64,000 nt of DNA from an uncultured delta proteobacterium (GCA_963785725.1 CAWAWS010000015.1:320001-384000); one strand, 5' to 3'. Positions 28,064 to 40,650 are shown, counted from the stretch's first letter. A program made the numbers and translations. Notes: generated by a model from the sequence alone, not told the origin.

Positions 28064-28990
28064 TCAGGTTTTGACGATGGCGATGCGCGGGCCGATGGCC
28101 AGGTCGAGCTCGCTCGCGCGGAAGAGGTCGCCGTCGAGCGTGTAGCTGAGCGGCTCGGCGAAGCGGACGTGGACGCGCGTCGCCAGCCGGTCGACGTGCG
28201 GCTCGCCGCCGAGTGGCCGGCCGGTGACGACGCGCGGCAGCTGCAGCGCCATCGACGTCGTCGAGATGCCCGAGGCGACGAGGTGGAAGTGGCGCGGCTT
28301 TTGTCCCGCTTGCCAGGCGACGCGCATGCCGATGCCGACGTCGGGCACGACCGAGGCCACGAGCAGCCGATAGCGCGCGTCGGGCAGTCGCTCGCCGTCG
28401 ACGATGAGCTCGGTGACTGTGGGCGCGAACAGCCAGCCGGCGAACGGGCCTTGCACCAGCGACGACGCGGCCGTGCGCACCGCCAGCAGCGCCGCCCACG
28501 CCGGTCCCGGCGTCATCGAGTTGCGGTAGTAGGCCTCGAGGAAGCGCGCGCCCATCAACGACGCGCACAAGAAGCCGTAGCGGCCACCGACGGCGAGTAG
28601 GTCCTGATCGAACGTGGCGACGTGGCCGCCGCGCTGGGCGACGACGAGGCGCGCGGCCAGCTCTTCGGGGCGCCCGCGAATGCCGAGGTTGCCGGCGATG
28701 GTGTTGACGGTGCCGCCGCGCAGGATGGCAAAGCGCGGCAAGTTGTCGGGCCCGTATGCGCGCACGAGCTCGGTCAGCGTCGCCAGGTTGGTGCCGTCGC
28801 CGCCGCAGGCCGCGACGAGGTCGACGCCGTCGCCGGCGAGGCGGCGCGCGCACTCGGTCAGCTCGGCCGGCGTGTGCGTGACGACGACCTCGCCCAGCTC
28901 GCCGACGACGGCGCGCAGCCGCTGCACGAGGCCGGGCGCGCGCCGCACGCCGCGCGCGTTGGCATTGACGATCACCGCCAGCTTCGTCAT
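28064..28990 (-). CDS. Diacylglycerol/lipid kinase family protein
   Basis: IVNANA, CGGDGT, LRGGTVNTIA, YTLDGD. Confidence 0.88.
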   Translation of the reverse strand: MTKLAVIVNANARGVRRAPGLVQRLRAVVGELGEVVVTHTPAELTECARRLAGDGVDLVAACGGDGTNLATLTELVRAYGPDNLPRFAILRGGTVNTIAGNLGIRGRPEELAARLVVAQRGGHVATFDQDLLAVGGRYGFLCASLMGARFLEAYYRNSMTPGPAWAALLAVRTAASSLVQGPFAGWLFAPTVTELIVDGERLPDARYRLLVASVVPDVGIGMRVAWQAGQKPRHFHLVASGISTTSMALQLPRVVTGRPLGGEPHVDRLATRVHVRFAEPLSYTLDGDLFRASELDLAIGPRIAIVKT

Positions 28991-28997
28991 GGGCGCG

Positions 28998-31331
28998 TCA
29001 CGGGTGGCTTAGGACGAAGTCGCAGCGCTCGACCCAATCGGCGGCGTCGAGGCGGGCGCCCGTTTCGGCGTTCGCGTCGGCGGCCAGCCGCGCAAAGCGC
29101 GACTTGGCGCCGGCGATGTCACCGGCGCGATAGTGCGAAACGGCCAGCACGCGCGCCTCTTCGCGATCGAAGCGCGCGTCCGGCAGCGGCTCTTTGGGCT
29201 GCCCGTTCGTGTCATACAGCGCCACGATGTCGGCGAAGCGGCCGCGATTGAAGAGCTGCTTGGCCAACAGATAACGATAGAGCGCGCGATCGGGATCGCC
29301 GTCGAGAAGGCCGCGCAAGCTCATGAGGTCGACGCTCGGGTCGCGCGTGCTCGCCGGCGCCACCAGCAGCTGCGTAAGCGCCGCGCGCGACGGACCGGCA
29401 GGCCAGCCGGCGACGAGGTGCTTGACCGTCAACAGGCGCGCCTGCGCTTCGTCGGCCGGCAGCTGCAACGCGCGCTGATAGCGGTCGCGCGCTTCGACGG
29501 CCTGGCCATCGAGCAGCGCCAGGTCGCCGAGCGCGGTCTCGGCGTGCGCGCGCAGGATGCCGTTGAGGTCGGGGCGCGCCAAGATGCGCGCGGCGTAGGC
29601 GCGCGCTTCTGGCCGCGCGTCGGCGGCGACGGTGGCGTCGAGCGCGTCGACGAGGCCGTCGACGTCGCGCGGATCGTCGGCGCACAGCTGATCGAAGAGC
29701 GCCAAGGCGCGCGCGCGGTCGCCTGCCTGCGCCGCCTGATGCGCCGCCTGCCGCGCCAGCGCCAACGCATGCGCGCAGGGCTTGCCGAACACGCTCGGAT
29801 GGCGCAGCCGGTCGAGCGCCAGCGCCACCTCCGACCGCGGCACCGGCTGCGCGTCGATCATCGCGAGCCACTGCGTGCGCAGCTCGCCGAAGCTGGCACC
29901 ATAGATGCGCCGGTAGCCGGCGTCGCTGCCGGCGTCGCGATAGAGCGCGGCCAGCTTGTCGGCGCCGCGCGTGTCGAGCAGAAAGCGGCAGAACGAGCCG
30001 GCGACGTTGTAGGCCTGACCGGCGTTGAGCCCGAAGAAGCGCGGCCCCATCGTCTGCGCCAGCGTGTTTTCGTCGATGACCTTGGCGTCGCGCAGCACTT
30101 TGACGACTTGATGCGGCGTCAGCGGCGAGCCTGCCCACGACGCGGCCACGGCCACGCCTTCGATGAGCCCGACGTTGACGTCGAGCCCGCGCCGCGAAAT
30201 GGCCAAGAGCGAGTCGCCGAAGCGGCCCGCGAACACGTGCGCCAGCTCGTGCATCAGCGTCGGCGCCGGCCAGCCTTCGTGCTGCAAGTAGACTTCGCGC
30301 CGCCACGGCTTGGCCACCATCGTGTGCGCCGCGCCCATGAGCGCCCGTTTTTGCCCGGCGTTGTCGAAGAGGAACGCGTGAATGGGCGCTTGCGGCGTCG
30401 CGCCGAAGAGTCGCGACAGCTGTTGCCAGCGCAGCTCGAAGTCGGCGGCATCGAGCGCGATCTGCTTGGCGTACGGCCCGTTCGGCGAGTAGTGCAGCAC
30501 GAAATGCTCGGTGTGCCGCTCGGCGCCGAGCGCGCGCGCGACGTCGTCGCCGTCGAGCTGAAAGCCGAGCTGCGCCCGGCGCGCGTGCAGCGCTGCCGCG
30601 GCGAGCCCGCAGCCGACGACGACGAGCGCGATGCGCAGGCGGCCTTGCCAGCGCAGTCGCGCCGCCAGCGTCTTGCCGTCGAGCAAGAGCGCCATCGTCG
30701 CCAGCGCGGTCGCGGCCAAGGTCGCGTGATAGAGCCGCGCCCAGCCGAAGGCGGCGGAAATGGCGAGCTCCTCGTCGTACAGAGAGCCGGCGAAGTAGCC
30801 GACGAACGGGTCATAGCCGAAGATGGGCGGCGCCGAATAGAAGCGCCAAACGCCCCACACGATCGACCCGAAGACGCCGGCGAGCGCCAGAAGCGACGGC
30901 GACAGCGCCCGCTGCCAGGGTCGTACGAGGGCGATCGTCGTGCCGAGCGCCGTGCCCATCGTCGCCGACAAGAGCGGCAACAGGGCGAACCAGGCGAGGC
31001 CGGCCGAGAAGTCGCAGTTGCGGACCCGCAGCGCGTTGGCCGTCACGAGGCCGAGCGGCACCAGCAACAGCAGCCACGACGCGGCCACGTTTCCCGCGTA
31101 AAGCCGTGCGACAGTAGCACCTGGGTGGGCGGCGGCGGCCGTGGCCGCGGACGGCGCGCGGCTCGATCGGGCGGCCACCGTGCGCGCCGCCGCCAGCTGC
31201 GCCGCGGCGAACGAGACGGCGACCGCCAGCACCAGCGACCATTCGTAGCCGAGGACATTGAACAGCGGCACAAAGCAGAGCGCGCCGGCTAAAACGGCCA
31301 GCAGCACGGCCCAGATTCGGAAGGCGTCCAC
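28998..31331 (-). CDS. Membrane protein with gluzincin-like (peptidase MA) domain and C-terminal TPR-like helices
   Basis: N-terminal TM helices, HTEHFVLHY, HELAHVF...GLIEGVAV, AYNVAGSF; Ala-rich helical C-terminus; start uncertain. Confidence 0.75.
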   Translation of the reverse strand: MDAFRIWAVLLAVLAGALCFVPLFNVLGYEWSLVLAVAVSFAAAQLAAARTVAARSSRAPSAATAAAAHPGATVARLYAGNVAASWLLLLVPLGLVTANALRVRNCDFSAGLAWFALLPLLSATMGTALGTTIALVRPWQRALSPSLLALAGVFGSIVWGVWRFYSAPPIFGYDPFVGYFAGSLYDEELAISAAFGWARLYHATLAATALATMALLLDGKTLAARLRWQGRLRIALVVVGCGLAAAALHARRAQLGFQLDGDDVARALGAERHTEHFVLHYSPNGPYAKQIALDAADFELRWQQLSRLFGATPQAPIHAFLFDNAGQKRALMGAAHTMVAKPWRREVYLQHEGWPAPTLMHELAHVFAGRFGDSLLAISRRGLDVNVGLIEGVAVAASWAGSPLTPHQVVKVLRDAKVIDENTLAQTMGPRFFGLNAGQAYNVAGSFCRFLLDTRGADKLAALYRDAGSDAGYRRIYGASFGELRTQWLAMIDAQPVPRSEVALALDRLRHPSVFGKPCAHALALARQAAHQAAQAGDRARALALFDQLCADDPRDVDGLVDALDATVAADARPEARAYAARILARPDLNGILRAHAETALGDLALLDGQAVEARDRYQRALQLPADEAQARLLTVKHLVAGWPAGPSRAALTQLLVAPASTRDPSVDLMSLRGLLDGDPDRALYRYLLAKQLFNRGRFADIVALYDTNGQPKEPLPDARFDREEARVLAVSHYRAGDIAGAKSRFARLAADANAETGARLDAADWVERCDFVLSHP

Positions 31332-31390
31332 TTTCAACTTTATACTCTCGCTTCTTTCGCATAGCCTGTTCGGCCAAGGCACGCAATCCA

Positions 31391-31828
31391 ATGTCCGACG
31401 ACGAACGCCGCGAACAGCTGCGTGTCCCAATCCAGCTCAAGGTCGAATACAAGAAGCTGAACACCTTCTTCGCCGACTACACCAAGAACATCTGCAAGGG
31501 CGGCACGTTCATTCGCACCAAGAAGCCGCTCGATTTGGGCACCGTGTTCGTGTTCCAGCTGGGCGTGCCCAAGCTGAAGGAGCCGCTGGAGATCCGCGGC
31601 GAAGTGAAGTGGGTCAAGCGCGAAGGGCAGCCGTCGCCGCCGGGCGTGTCCGAGGATCACGAGCCGGGCATGGGCATTCGCTTCATTTACGACGATCCGG
31701 GCGAGCGCGAGCGGCTCGAAGGCGCGGTCGAGAAGATGATGATCGACTCGCTGGGCCAGCTCCTGTATTCGAAGCTGATGGGCAAAGGCAGCGGTCCGAG
31801 TGGAAGCGGCGGCAACGGCAACGGCTGA
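31391..31828 (+). CDS. PilZ-domain protein, myxobacterial TIGR02266-like
   Basis: RREQLRVPIQLKVEY, FFADYTKNICKGGTFI, GEVKW, PGMGIRF. Confidence 0.88.
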   Translation: MSDDERREQLRVPIQLKVEYKKLNTFFADYTKNICKGGTFIRTKKPLDLGTVFVFQLGVPKLKEPLEIRGEVKWVKREGQPSPPGVSEDHEPGMGIRFIYDDPGERERLEGAVEKMMIDSLGQLLYSKLMGKGSGPSGSGGNGNG

Positions 31829-32606
31829 GCCGCGTCGGGCCTGGTGGCGCTATGCGGCGCCGAACCTGGTCACGGCGACGAGCATCGTCTTCGGCGTCTT
31901 GGCGGTGGTGGCGGCGATCGACGGCCATCCCGTCGCCGCGGCGTGGTGGGCGCTGTATTGCACGCTGACCGATCGCGTCGACGGCGCGCTGGCCAAGGCG
32001 TTGAAGGGCGGCTCGGCGTTCGGCGTGCAGCTCGATTCGCTGGCCGACCTGGTCTCGTTCGGCGTCGCGCCGGCGGCGGTGTTTTACGCCTATTTCTCGC
32101 GGCAGCCGGCGCTCGGCTGGGCCGACGGCGGCGGTCGCGTCGCGCTCGTCGTCTTTTGCGCGCTGTGGACGTTGGCGACGGCGATGCGGCTGGCGCGCTT
32201 CAACGTCATCGCCGCCGGCGGCGCGGCCACGCATTACACCGGCACGCCGTCGACGATGACCGCCGGCACCGTCGGCGCGCTGTTCATCGCCGCCCTGAAG
32301 TATGCCGATCCGAAGTGGCGCGGCAGCGAATGGATCGACCACTGGCGCGTCTTGGGCGGCCTTACGACCGACGGCCTCTTGCGCTTCGTGCCGCTGCTGT
32401 TGCCCATCGGCGCCTTCGGCATGGTGTCGCCGCTGCGCGTGCCGCGGCTCGGTCGCACGCGCAGCCGCGTCACCGACGTCTTGCTCGCCGGCGGCGTCAT
32501 CTCCGGCTACACCGCAGGCTTGTTCCACCATCTGCCCGAGTATTTGGCGTTCGGCGGGCTCTACTACTTAGTCGTCTGCTTCGCCTATCATCTCCGCACG
32601 CGCTGA
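31800..32606 (+). CDS. pssA: CDP-alcohol phosphatidyltransferase (phosphatidylserine synthase-like)
   Basis: PNLVT, DRVDGALAK..SAFGVQLDSLADLVSFGVAPA, RLARFN. Confidence 0.85.
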   Translation: MEAAATATAEPRRAWWRYAAPNLVTATSIVFGVLAVVAAIDGHPVAAAWWALYCTLTDRVDGALAKALKGGSAFGVQLDSLADLVSFGVAPAAVFYAYFSRQPALGWADGGGRVALVVFCALWTLATAMRLARFNVIAAGGAATHYTGTPSTMTAGTVGALFIAALKYADPKWRGSEWIDHWRVLGGLTTDGLLRFVPLLLPIGAFGMVSPLRVPRLGRTRSRVTDVLLAGGVISGYTAGLFHHLPEYLAFGGLYYLVVCFAYHLRTR

Positions 32607-33503
32607 GGCTTTCCGCTCGTCCATCTCGTCGATCGACTTGGGCCAATCGCCGTGCAAGAGGCGCGACAGGCCGCGATCGGCGAGCAGCTTGCCGCCGGTC
32701 TGACAGGTCGCGCAGTAGTTCGTCTCGTTCTCGGCGTAGCGAATCCGCTGCACCGGCGTTTGGCACACCGGGCAGGGCTGGCGATACTTGCCGTGCACGG
32801 CGAACTCGTCGCGAAAGGCGGTCACCTTCTCGGGAAACTTCGTCGCCGACTCTTGGCGCAGCTTGTCGGTCCACTCGCGCAACAGCGACTCGGTGGCCTT
32901 GTGCAGCCGCGTAATCTCGGGCTCGCCCAGGCGTGACGTCAGCGCCACCGGGGACAGCTGCGCGCGGTGCAAGATCTCGTCGGAGTAGGCGTTGCCGATG
33001 CCGGAGAAGAGGCGCGGATCGGTCAACGTCCGCTTGACCGTGTGGTTCTCGCGCTGGATGACCTCGCGGAACGCCTGCTTGGTCGCGCCCAGCGGCTCGA
33101 GGCCGCCGCGATCGTGCTCGGCCAGGCCGGCCCGCCCTTGCACGACATGCAGCGACGCCCGCTTCTTCGTCGACGCCTCCGTCAGGATCAGCGTGCCCGA
33201 CGAGAAATCGAACGCCGCCAAGCCTACTTTGCCGGGGATCTTCGCGCCTTTTTGTCCCGGCCATTTCAGCCGACCGGCGACCATCAAGTGCAGGACGACA
33301 AAGACGTCGTCCTCGAGCGCGAAGACGATGCGCTTGCCGAGGCGCTCGAGACCGAGGACGCGCTTGCCGTCGACGGCCGACAGCGGCGGCGCCACCGAGC
33401 GCAACAGGAACGGGCTCGCCAGCCGCACGCGCTCCAGCGTCTGCCCGATGACCCGCTCGCCGACGCGCTCTACGTAGACGGTGACGTCCGGCAACTCCGG
33501 CAT
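32568..33503 (-). CDS. Fpg/Nei family DNA glycosylase
   Basis: MPELPDV, RLGKR, HLMVAG, SGIGNAYSDEIL (H2TH), CPVC..YCATCQ zinc finger. Confidence 0.92.
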   Translation of the reverse strand: MPELPDVTVYVERVGERVIGQTLERVRLASPFLLRSVAPPLSAVDGKRVLGLERLGKRIVFALEDDVFVVLHLMVAGRLKWPGQKGAKIPGKVGLAAFDFSSGTLILTEASTKKRASLHVVQGRAGLAEHDRGGLEPLGATKQAFREVIQRENHTVKRTLTDPRLFSGIGNAYSDEILHRAQLSPVALTSRLGEPEITRLHKATESLLREWTDKLRQESATKFPEKVTAFRDEFAVHGKYRQPCPVCQTPVQRIRYAENETNYCATCQTGGKLLADRGLSRLLHGDWPKSIDEMDERKASARAEMIGEADD

Positions 33504-33557
33504 GGTCTAGGTATCTTAACCATCCCGGAAGCGGCTTGCTGCTCGATTATTCGCCGG

Positions 33558-35018
33558 CTACTCGTGCGTGAAGAGCTCGATCGAGGCGGTGGGCTTGCCG
33601 TCGCTGCCGAGGCCGCCGGCGATGACGATGTCGCCGGTCTCGAGCAGCTGCGAGACGTGGTTGCGGCGCGGCGTGGCCAAGGGCACGGTAGCCTGGATGG
33701 CGTAGCTCGAGGTGTCGAGGATGTCGCAGCTGCCCTGCGCGGTGCCGGTGCCGTCGGCGCCGCCGCAGACGACGAGCACGCTGCCCGAGATGGTCGCCGA
33801 GTGGCCGACGCGCGCCACCGACAGCGCGGTCGGCAGCTGCGTCACCGTCGGCGGCGTCACGCCGGGCGAGATGACGATGCCGCCTTGCGAGACCGTGCCG
33901 TCGTCGTGCTGGCCGCCGAGGATGAGGACGTCGCCGTTGGGCATCGTCGTCGCCGTGGCGTCGACGAGGTTGGGCAGGGTCACGCCGAGCGAGTAGGCGG
34001 CGAACGTCTGGCCGACGAGCCGCTCGGCGACGGGCAGCGTCGAGCCGGCCGCCAAGCCACCGAACAAGATGGCGCCGTCACCGTCGGAGAAGTGGGCGGC
34101 GGCGACGGCGTGACCGCTGCGCGCGGCGGCCATCGGCGTGGCCAGCGCGGTCAAGCGGATGGCGCCCGACGGGTTGACGAGCCCGCCGGTGTTGAGCGGC
34201 ATGCCGTTGCCGTCGAGGCCGCCGGTGATGAGCGTGTCGCCCGAGGCCAAGACGGCGCCGTTGGGGAACGAGCGCGCCGTAAAGGCGTCGGTCGGCAGCG
34301 GCGCCCAGACGCCGAGGCCGGTCGTGGGGTCGAACAGCTCGATCGTGGACTGCGGCGTGCCGGTCGTGCCGATGCCGATCGACTGCGCGCCGCCGTAGGC
34401 CCACGCCTGCACGCTCGTCGAGGCGCCGGCCAGGCCGCCGGCGCGCGCGGTCTCCATGTCCGACGTGTTGATGATGGCCTGCGTAAAGACGTCGTAGACG
34501 GCGGTAGTGGGCAGCGCGTTGCCGTTGATGTCGCGTCCGCCGCAAAAGAGCACGCCGAGGCCCGTCACCGACGTCGACGCCATGTCGGTGCGCGGCGCGG
34601 GCGTGGCCGCTTGCGAGCCGTCGGCCAGCGTCGTCAAGACCGAGATGGCCGCCGACGTCGTCGCCACTTTGCCGGGGCGGCCGACCCAGACCGCGATCGG
34701 CCCTTGATCCATCGCCGACAGCTGCAGCGACGGCGTGACGCCGTGCGCGATGACGTTGCCGCCGGCGTCGAGCGCTTCGACGAGCACGGGACCGTCGGTG
34801 CTCTCGGGCTTCTGCTTGACGCTCAAGTTGAAGTGGCCGGCGGTGACGGTCTCGGTGTCGACGTTGGTGCTGTCGCCGATGGTGAAGCGCACCGACGCCG
34901 CGTCGGCGAACGGATCGTCGGTGGGCGAGACGACGATGTCGAGCGAGAGCGTGCCCGACTTTCCGCCGCACGCGGCCAAGCTAACCAAGAAAGCGGAGGC
35001 AATTAGGATTCGGTTCAT
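33558..35018 (-). CDS. Kelch-repeat lipoprotein
   Basis: Lipobox LAAC; repeats ARSGHA, ARVGHSAT, PRRNH with GG motifs. Confidence 0.8.
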   Translation of the reverse strand: MNRILIASAFLVSLAACGGKSGTLSLDIVVSPTDDPFADAASVRFTIGDSTNVDTETVTAGHFNLSVKQKPESTDGPVLVEALDAGGNVIAHGVTPSLQLSAMDQGPIAVWVGRPGKVATTSAAISVLTTLADGSQAATPAPRTDMASTSVTGLGVLFCGGRDINGNALPTTAVYDVFTQAIINTSDMETARAGGLAGASTSVQAWAYGGAQSIGIGTTGTPQSTIELFDPTTGLGVWAPLPTDAFTARSFPNGAVLASGDTLITGGLDGNGMPLNTGGLVNPSGAIRLTALATPMAAARSGHAVAAAHFSDGDGAILFGGLAAGSTLPVAERLVGQTFAAYSLGVTLPNLVDATATTMPNGDVLILGGQHDDGTVSQGGIVISPGVTPPTVTQLPTALSVARVGHSATISGSVLVVCGGADGTGTAQGSCDILDTSSYAIQATVPLATPRRNHVSQLLETGDIVIAGGLGSDGKPTASIELFTHE

Positions 35019-35312
35019 GTGTCCTCGAGCTGCGAGCGGAGCGCGGCGGGCGTGGCGCCCACGACGCGCACGGTCTTCTTGCGACCGGTCAGGCCGCGGA
35101 TGATGTGGATTCTGATTGCGTCGCGCACCCAGCTTTCGCGCCAGGAGCGTCACCAAGGCTTCGTTGGCGGCGCCGTCGACGGGCGGCGCGGTGAGCTGAA
35201 TCTTGAGCCGATCGCCGAGCACCGGGCCGAGCCGCTCCTTGGACGCGCGCGGAACGACCTGCACGTCGAAGGTGATGGCGTCGGCGGACTCGCTGATGGG
35301 CAACGTCGACAT
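35015..35312 (-). CDS. yggU: DUF167/YggU family protein (apparent frameshift near 35115)
   Basis: VQVVPRAS, LKIQLTAPPVDGAANEAL; shifted frame IIRGLTGRKK. Confidence 0.85.
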
Positions 35313-35314
35313 CG

Positions 35315-36142
<828 letters not shown>

Positions 36143-36203
36143 CGGCGGGGACTCTAGCAGAACTTTGGACGCGGATTGTGTAGCGCGAGTTCCCGTGCGC
36201 GGC

Positions 36204-37381
<1,178 letters not shown>

Positions 37382-37385
<4 letters not shown>

Positions 37386-37654
37386 TCGTCACCGTCGTCG
37401 CCGGCGGCGGCGAAGATCGCGAGCGGCGCCGGCTGCACGGGCGGGCGCGACGTGAAGGCCTCGACGCGCACGGAGCCGGCTTGGGCGCACAGGCGGGCGG
37501 CTTGCACCATGCACTCTTTGCCTTCGCAGGGGCCGGTGCCGAGGCCGGTGTAGCGCTTGATCTCCTCGACGCTGCCGTAGCCGAGGGCGATCGTGTGCTG
37601 GATGTCGGCGAGGGTCACGTCTTCGCAGCGGCAGACGATGGCTTTGGTGCTCAC
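37382..37654 (-). CDS. BFD-like (2Fe-2S) protein
   Basis: VCRCEDVT...IKRYTGLGTGPCEGKEC, TSRPP. Confidence 0.88.
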
Positions 37655-37667
37655 GAGCGCACCCGGG

Positions 37668-38981
37668 TCATTTCAAGCTCCCGGCGACGGCGTGGCCGCA
37701 GCGTTCGCCGCTCTGCCCCGCGCGCTCGCAGTTGACGAAGCCGGCCACGTCGCCGCACGCGAACAGCTCGGGCGTCGGCCCGCGACCGTCGCCGTCGACG
37801 CGACAGCTGAAGCCGCCGCCCGGCTCGTCGTACGCGACGGGCACGCCGTGTTGCCGCGGCAGCTCCGAGGCCGGCGCCGGCCGGGCCGCCACGGCCACGA
37901 GGTCACACTTGATCTTGCGCTTCGTCGTCTCGAGCGCGCGCACCCACGAATGGCCGTGCGCCGCGACCGGCTGCTCGTCGCGCCCATCGATGCGCGTGAC
38001 CTCGGCGCCGCCCGCGGCCAACGCGTCGGTCAGCGCCCGCGCGTAAGGCCCGTCGCCGATGACGACCGGTCGCGTCGCCGGCGCCACGCCGAAGCGCACG
38101 AGCAGCCGTCCGACGGCGCGCGCCGGCAAGACGCCCGGCCGGTCATTGTCGACGAAGATCGCATTCTGGTCGTAGGCGCCCGTCGCATACACGTAGCGCT
38201 TGGCCGTCAGCTTCACGAGACCCGCGGGCGCATGCAACGCCAACAATCCCGGCGCCGCGCCTTTGCTGGCCGCGTCTTCGGGATACCACGCGATCGCCGT
38301 CGTCGACGTCATGATGTCGACGCCGGCTGCTTGCGCCTCTTGCACCAGCGCATCGGCCGCGCGCGGACCGAACGCCGGATGCGCCAACAACGATCCGCCC
38401 GCACGATCCTGCTCATCGACGACCAGCGTCGCGTGACCGGCCTTGGCGCAGACGATCGCGCAGCGCAATCCCGCCGGACCGCCGCCGATGATGGCGACGT
38501 CGACGTGGCGCGTCCGCGGCTTCGGCAAGACCGGCGGCTTCGGCTGCGCGTCCGGCAGCTTGCCGAGCCCGCCCAGCTGTCGCACCACTTTGTTCAACAC
38601 CGCGTTCAGCGCCCGCGGCGACGTCATCATCGTGTGATGATCCATCCCCTTGGCGAAGAAGAAGTCGGCCGCGCCCAAGACGTCGAACCCGCCCGACGGG
38701 AAGGCGTTCTGCCGCTCGATGCGCAGGCCGTCCGTGACGGGCGTCTTGCAGGCGCGCACGTTGGGCTTGCCGTCGATGCGCATGAGGCAGGCGCCACAGT
38801 GGCCGGCGAGACAGAAAAAGCCGCGCGGCCGGTGATATTTGACCGAACGCGACAACACGCGCTGGCCCGACGCGAACAGCGCCACGGCCACCGACTCGCC
38901 GGCATGCGCCGTCACGTCGTCGCCTTCGAACTTCAGGGTCACCCGCTCACCGCGGGCGCGCTCGCTCAGTCGTCGGTCCAT
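37668..38981 (-). CDS. Sarcosine oxidase alpha / proline dehydrogenase alpha-like subunit (Fer2_4 + pyridine nucleotide-disulphide oxidoreductase)
   Basis: GESVAVAL, SRSVKYHRPRGFFCLAGHCGAC, VRAC, IIGGGPAG, FACGDVAG. Confidence 0.85.
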   Translation of the reverse strand: MDRRLSERARGERVTLKFEGDDVTAHAGESVAVALFASGQRVLSRSVKYHRPRGFFCLAGHCGACLMRIDGKPNVRACKTPVTDGLRIERQNAFPSGGFDVLGAADFFFAKGMDHHTMMTSPRALNAVLNKVVRQLGGLGKLPDAQPKPPVLPKPRTRHVDVAIIGGGPAGLRCAIVCAKAGHATLVVDEQDRAGGSLLAHPAFGPRAADALVQEAQAAGVDIMTSTTAIAWYPEDAASKGAAPGLLALHAPAGLVKLTAKRYVYATGAYDQNAIFVDNDRPGVLPARAVGRLLVRFGVAPATRPVVIGDGPYARALTDALAAGGAEVTRIDGRDEQPVAAHGHSWVRALETTKRKIKCDLVAVAARPAPASELPRQHGVPVAYDEPGGGFSCRVDGDGRGPTPELFACGDVAGFVNCERAGQSGERCGHAVAGSLK

Positions 38982-39015
38982 TGTCAACGCGGGAGGATGA
39001 CACTATCTTGCCGAG

Positions 39016-40650
39016 ATGCTCAACTCCATCCCGAAGGTCCCGCCGCCAATCAACGAACCGGTGTTGAATTATGGCCCGGGATCGCCCGAGAAGCAGGCGC
39101 TCAAGCGCGCGCTCGAGACCTTGGCGGCGACGCCGGCCGACGTGCCGCTGCTCATCGGTGGCGAGCGCCGTAAAGGCAGCGGGCAAGCGGACGTCTTCTC
39201 ACCGCACGCGAAGAAGAAAGTGGTCGCGCGCGTCGCGCAGGCCACGGCGGAAGATGCCGAGTCGGCGGTGAAGGCGGCGCTGGCGGCGCAGGCGTCGTGG
39301 GCGGCGACGCCGCTGCACGAGCGGCTGGCCGTCTTCTTGCGCGCGGCCGAGCTCTTGGCCGGCAAATATCGCCCGATCTTGAACGCGGCCACGATGCTCG
39401 GTCAGTCGAAGACGGCGCATCAGGCGGAGATCGACGCCGCCTGCGAATCGATCGACTTCTGGCGCTGGAATGCGCATTTTGCCGAGCGGATCGCCGCCGA
39501 GCAGCCGCATTCGGGGCCCGGCATGTGGAACCAGCTGGAGGCGCGGCCGCTCGAGGGCTTCGTCTTCGCGGTGACGCCGTTCAACTTCACGTCCATCGGC
39601 GCCAACTTGCCGACGGCGCCGGCGATGATGGGCTGTACCGTGGTCTGGAAGCCGGCGCCGACGGCGATGCTCTCGGCGCACTTCATCATGGAGATCCTGC
39701 GCGAAGCCGGGCTGCCCGACGGCGTCATCAACTTCGTTCCCGGCGCGCCCAAAGCCATCGGCGACGTCTGCTTGGGCCATCGCGACTTGGCCGGCGTGCA
39801 CTTCACCGGCTCGACCGGCGTCTTCCAGCACATGTGGCGCACCGTCGGCGAGAACATCGGCCGCTATCGCACGTATCCGCGGCTCATCGGCGAGACCGGC
39901 GGCAAAGACTTCATCGTCGCCCATCCGTCGGCCGATCCGGAGGCGCTCGCCGTCGCCATCGTCCGCGGCGGCTACGAATATCAGGGGCAGAAGTGCTCGG
40001 CCGCGTCGCGCGTCTACGTGCCCGAGTCGCTGTGGAAGGGCGGGCTCAAAGATCGCGTGCTGTCGCTCATCGGCGAAATCAAAATGGGCGACGTCGCCGA
40101 CTTCACGAACTTCATGGGCGCAGTCATCGACGAGCGCTCGTTCAAGAACATCGGCGGCTTCGTGCAGGCGGCGAAGGATTCGTCGACGATGAAGATCTTG
40201 GCCGGCGGCAACCTGAACGACGCGCAGGGCTGGTTCGTGCCGCCGACGCTGGTGCAGAGCGACGATCCGAAGTCGAAGCTGATGTCGGAGGAGATCTTCG
40301 GACCGGTGGTGACGGTGCACGTCTATCCCGACCATAAGTGGCAGGAGACGCTGCAGCTCGTCGACGAGACCTCGCCCTATGCGTTGACGGGCGCGATCTG
40401 GTCGCGTGAGCGCGCGCCGATCGAGGAGGCCAAGCAGCGGCTCAAGCAGGCGGCGGGCAACTTCTACGTCAACGACAAGCCGACGGGCGCGGTCGTCGGG
40501 CAGCAGCCGTTCGGCGGCGCGCGCGCGTCGGGCACGAACGACAAGGCCGGCTCGCTGTGGAACCTGATTCGCTGGGTCTCGCCGCGCACGATCAAGGAGA
40601 CGTTCGCGCCGCCGACCGACTTCCGCTATCCGTACATGCAGGAGCCGTAG
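39016..40650 (+). CDS. pruA: L-glutamate gamma-semialdehyde (P5C) dehydrogenase
   Basis: NEPVLNY, QAEIDAACE, PFNFT, HFTGST, GETGGKDF, EYQGQKCSAASR, EEIFGPV, GARASGTNDKAG. Confidence 0.95.
   Translation: MLNSIPKVPPPINEPVLNYGPGSPEKQALKRALETLAATPADVPLLIGGERRKGSGQADVFSPHAKKKVVARVAQATAEDAESAVKAALAAQASWAATPLHERLAVFLRAAELLAGKYRPILNAATMLGQSKTAHQAEIDAACESIDFWRWNAHFAERIAAEQPHSGPGMWNQLEARPLEGFVFAVTPFNFTSIGANLPTAPAMMGCTVVWKPAPTAMLSAHFIMEILREAGLPDGVINFVPGAPKAIGDVCLGHRDLAGVHFTGSTGVFQHMWRTVGENIGRYRTYPRLIGETGGKDFIVAHPSADPEALAVAIVRGGYEYQGQKCSAASRVYVPESLWKGGLKDRVLSLIGEIKMGDVADFTNFMGAVIDERSFKNIGGFVQAAKDSSTMKILAGGNLNDAQGWFVPPTLVQSDDPKSKLMSEEIFGPVVTVHVYPDHKWQETLQLVDETSPYALTGAIWSRERAPIEEAKQRLKQAAGNFYVNDKPTGAVVGQQPFGGARASGTNDKAGSLWNLIRWVSPRTIKETFAPPTDFRYPYMQEP

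Noticed and set aside
33558..35312. YggU-Kelch fusion
   Set aside because: Frameshift near 35115; the Kelch protein has its own ATG, SD-like GAGGA and lipoprotein signal
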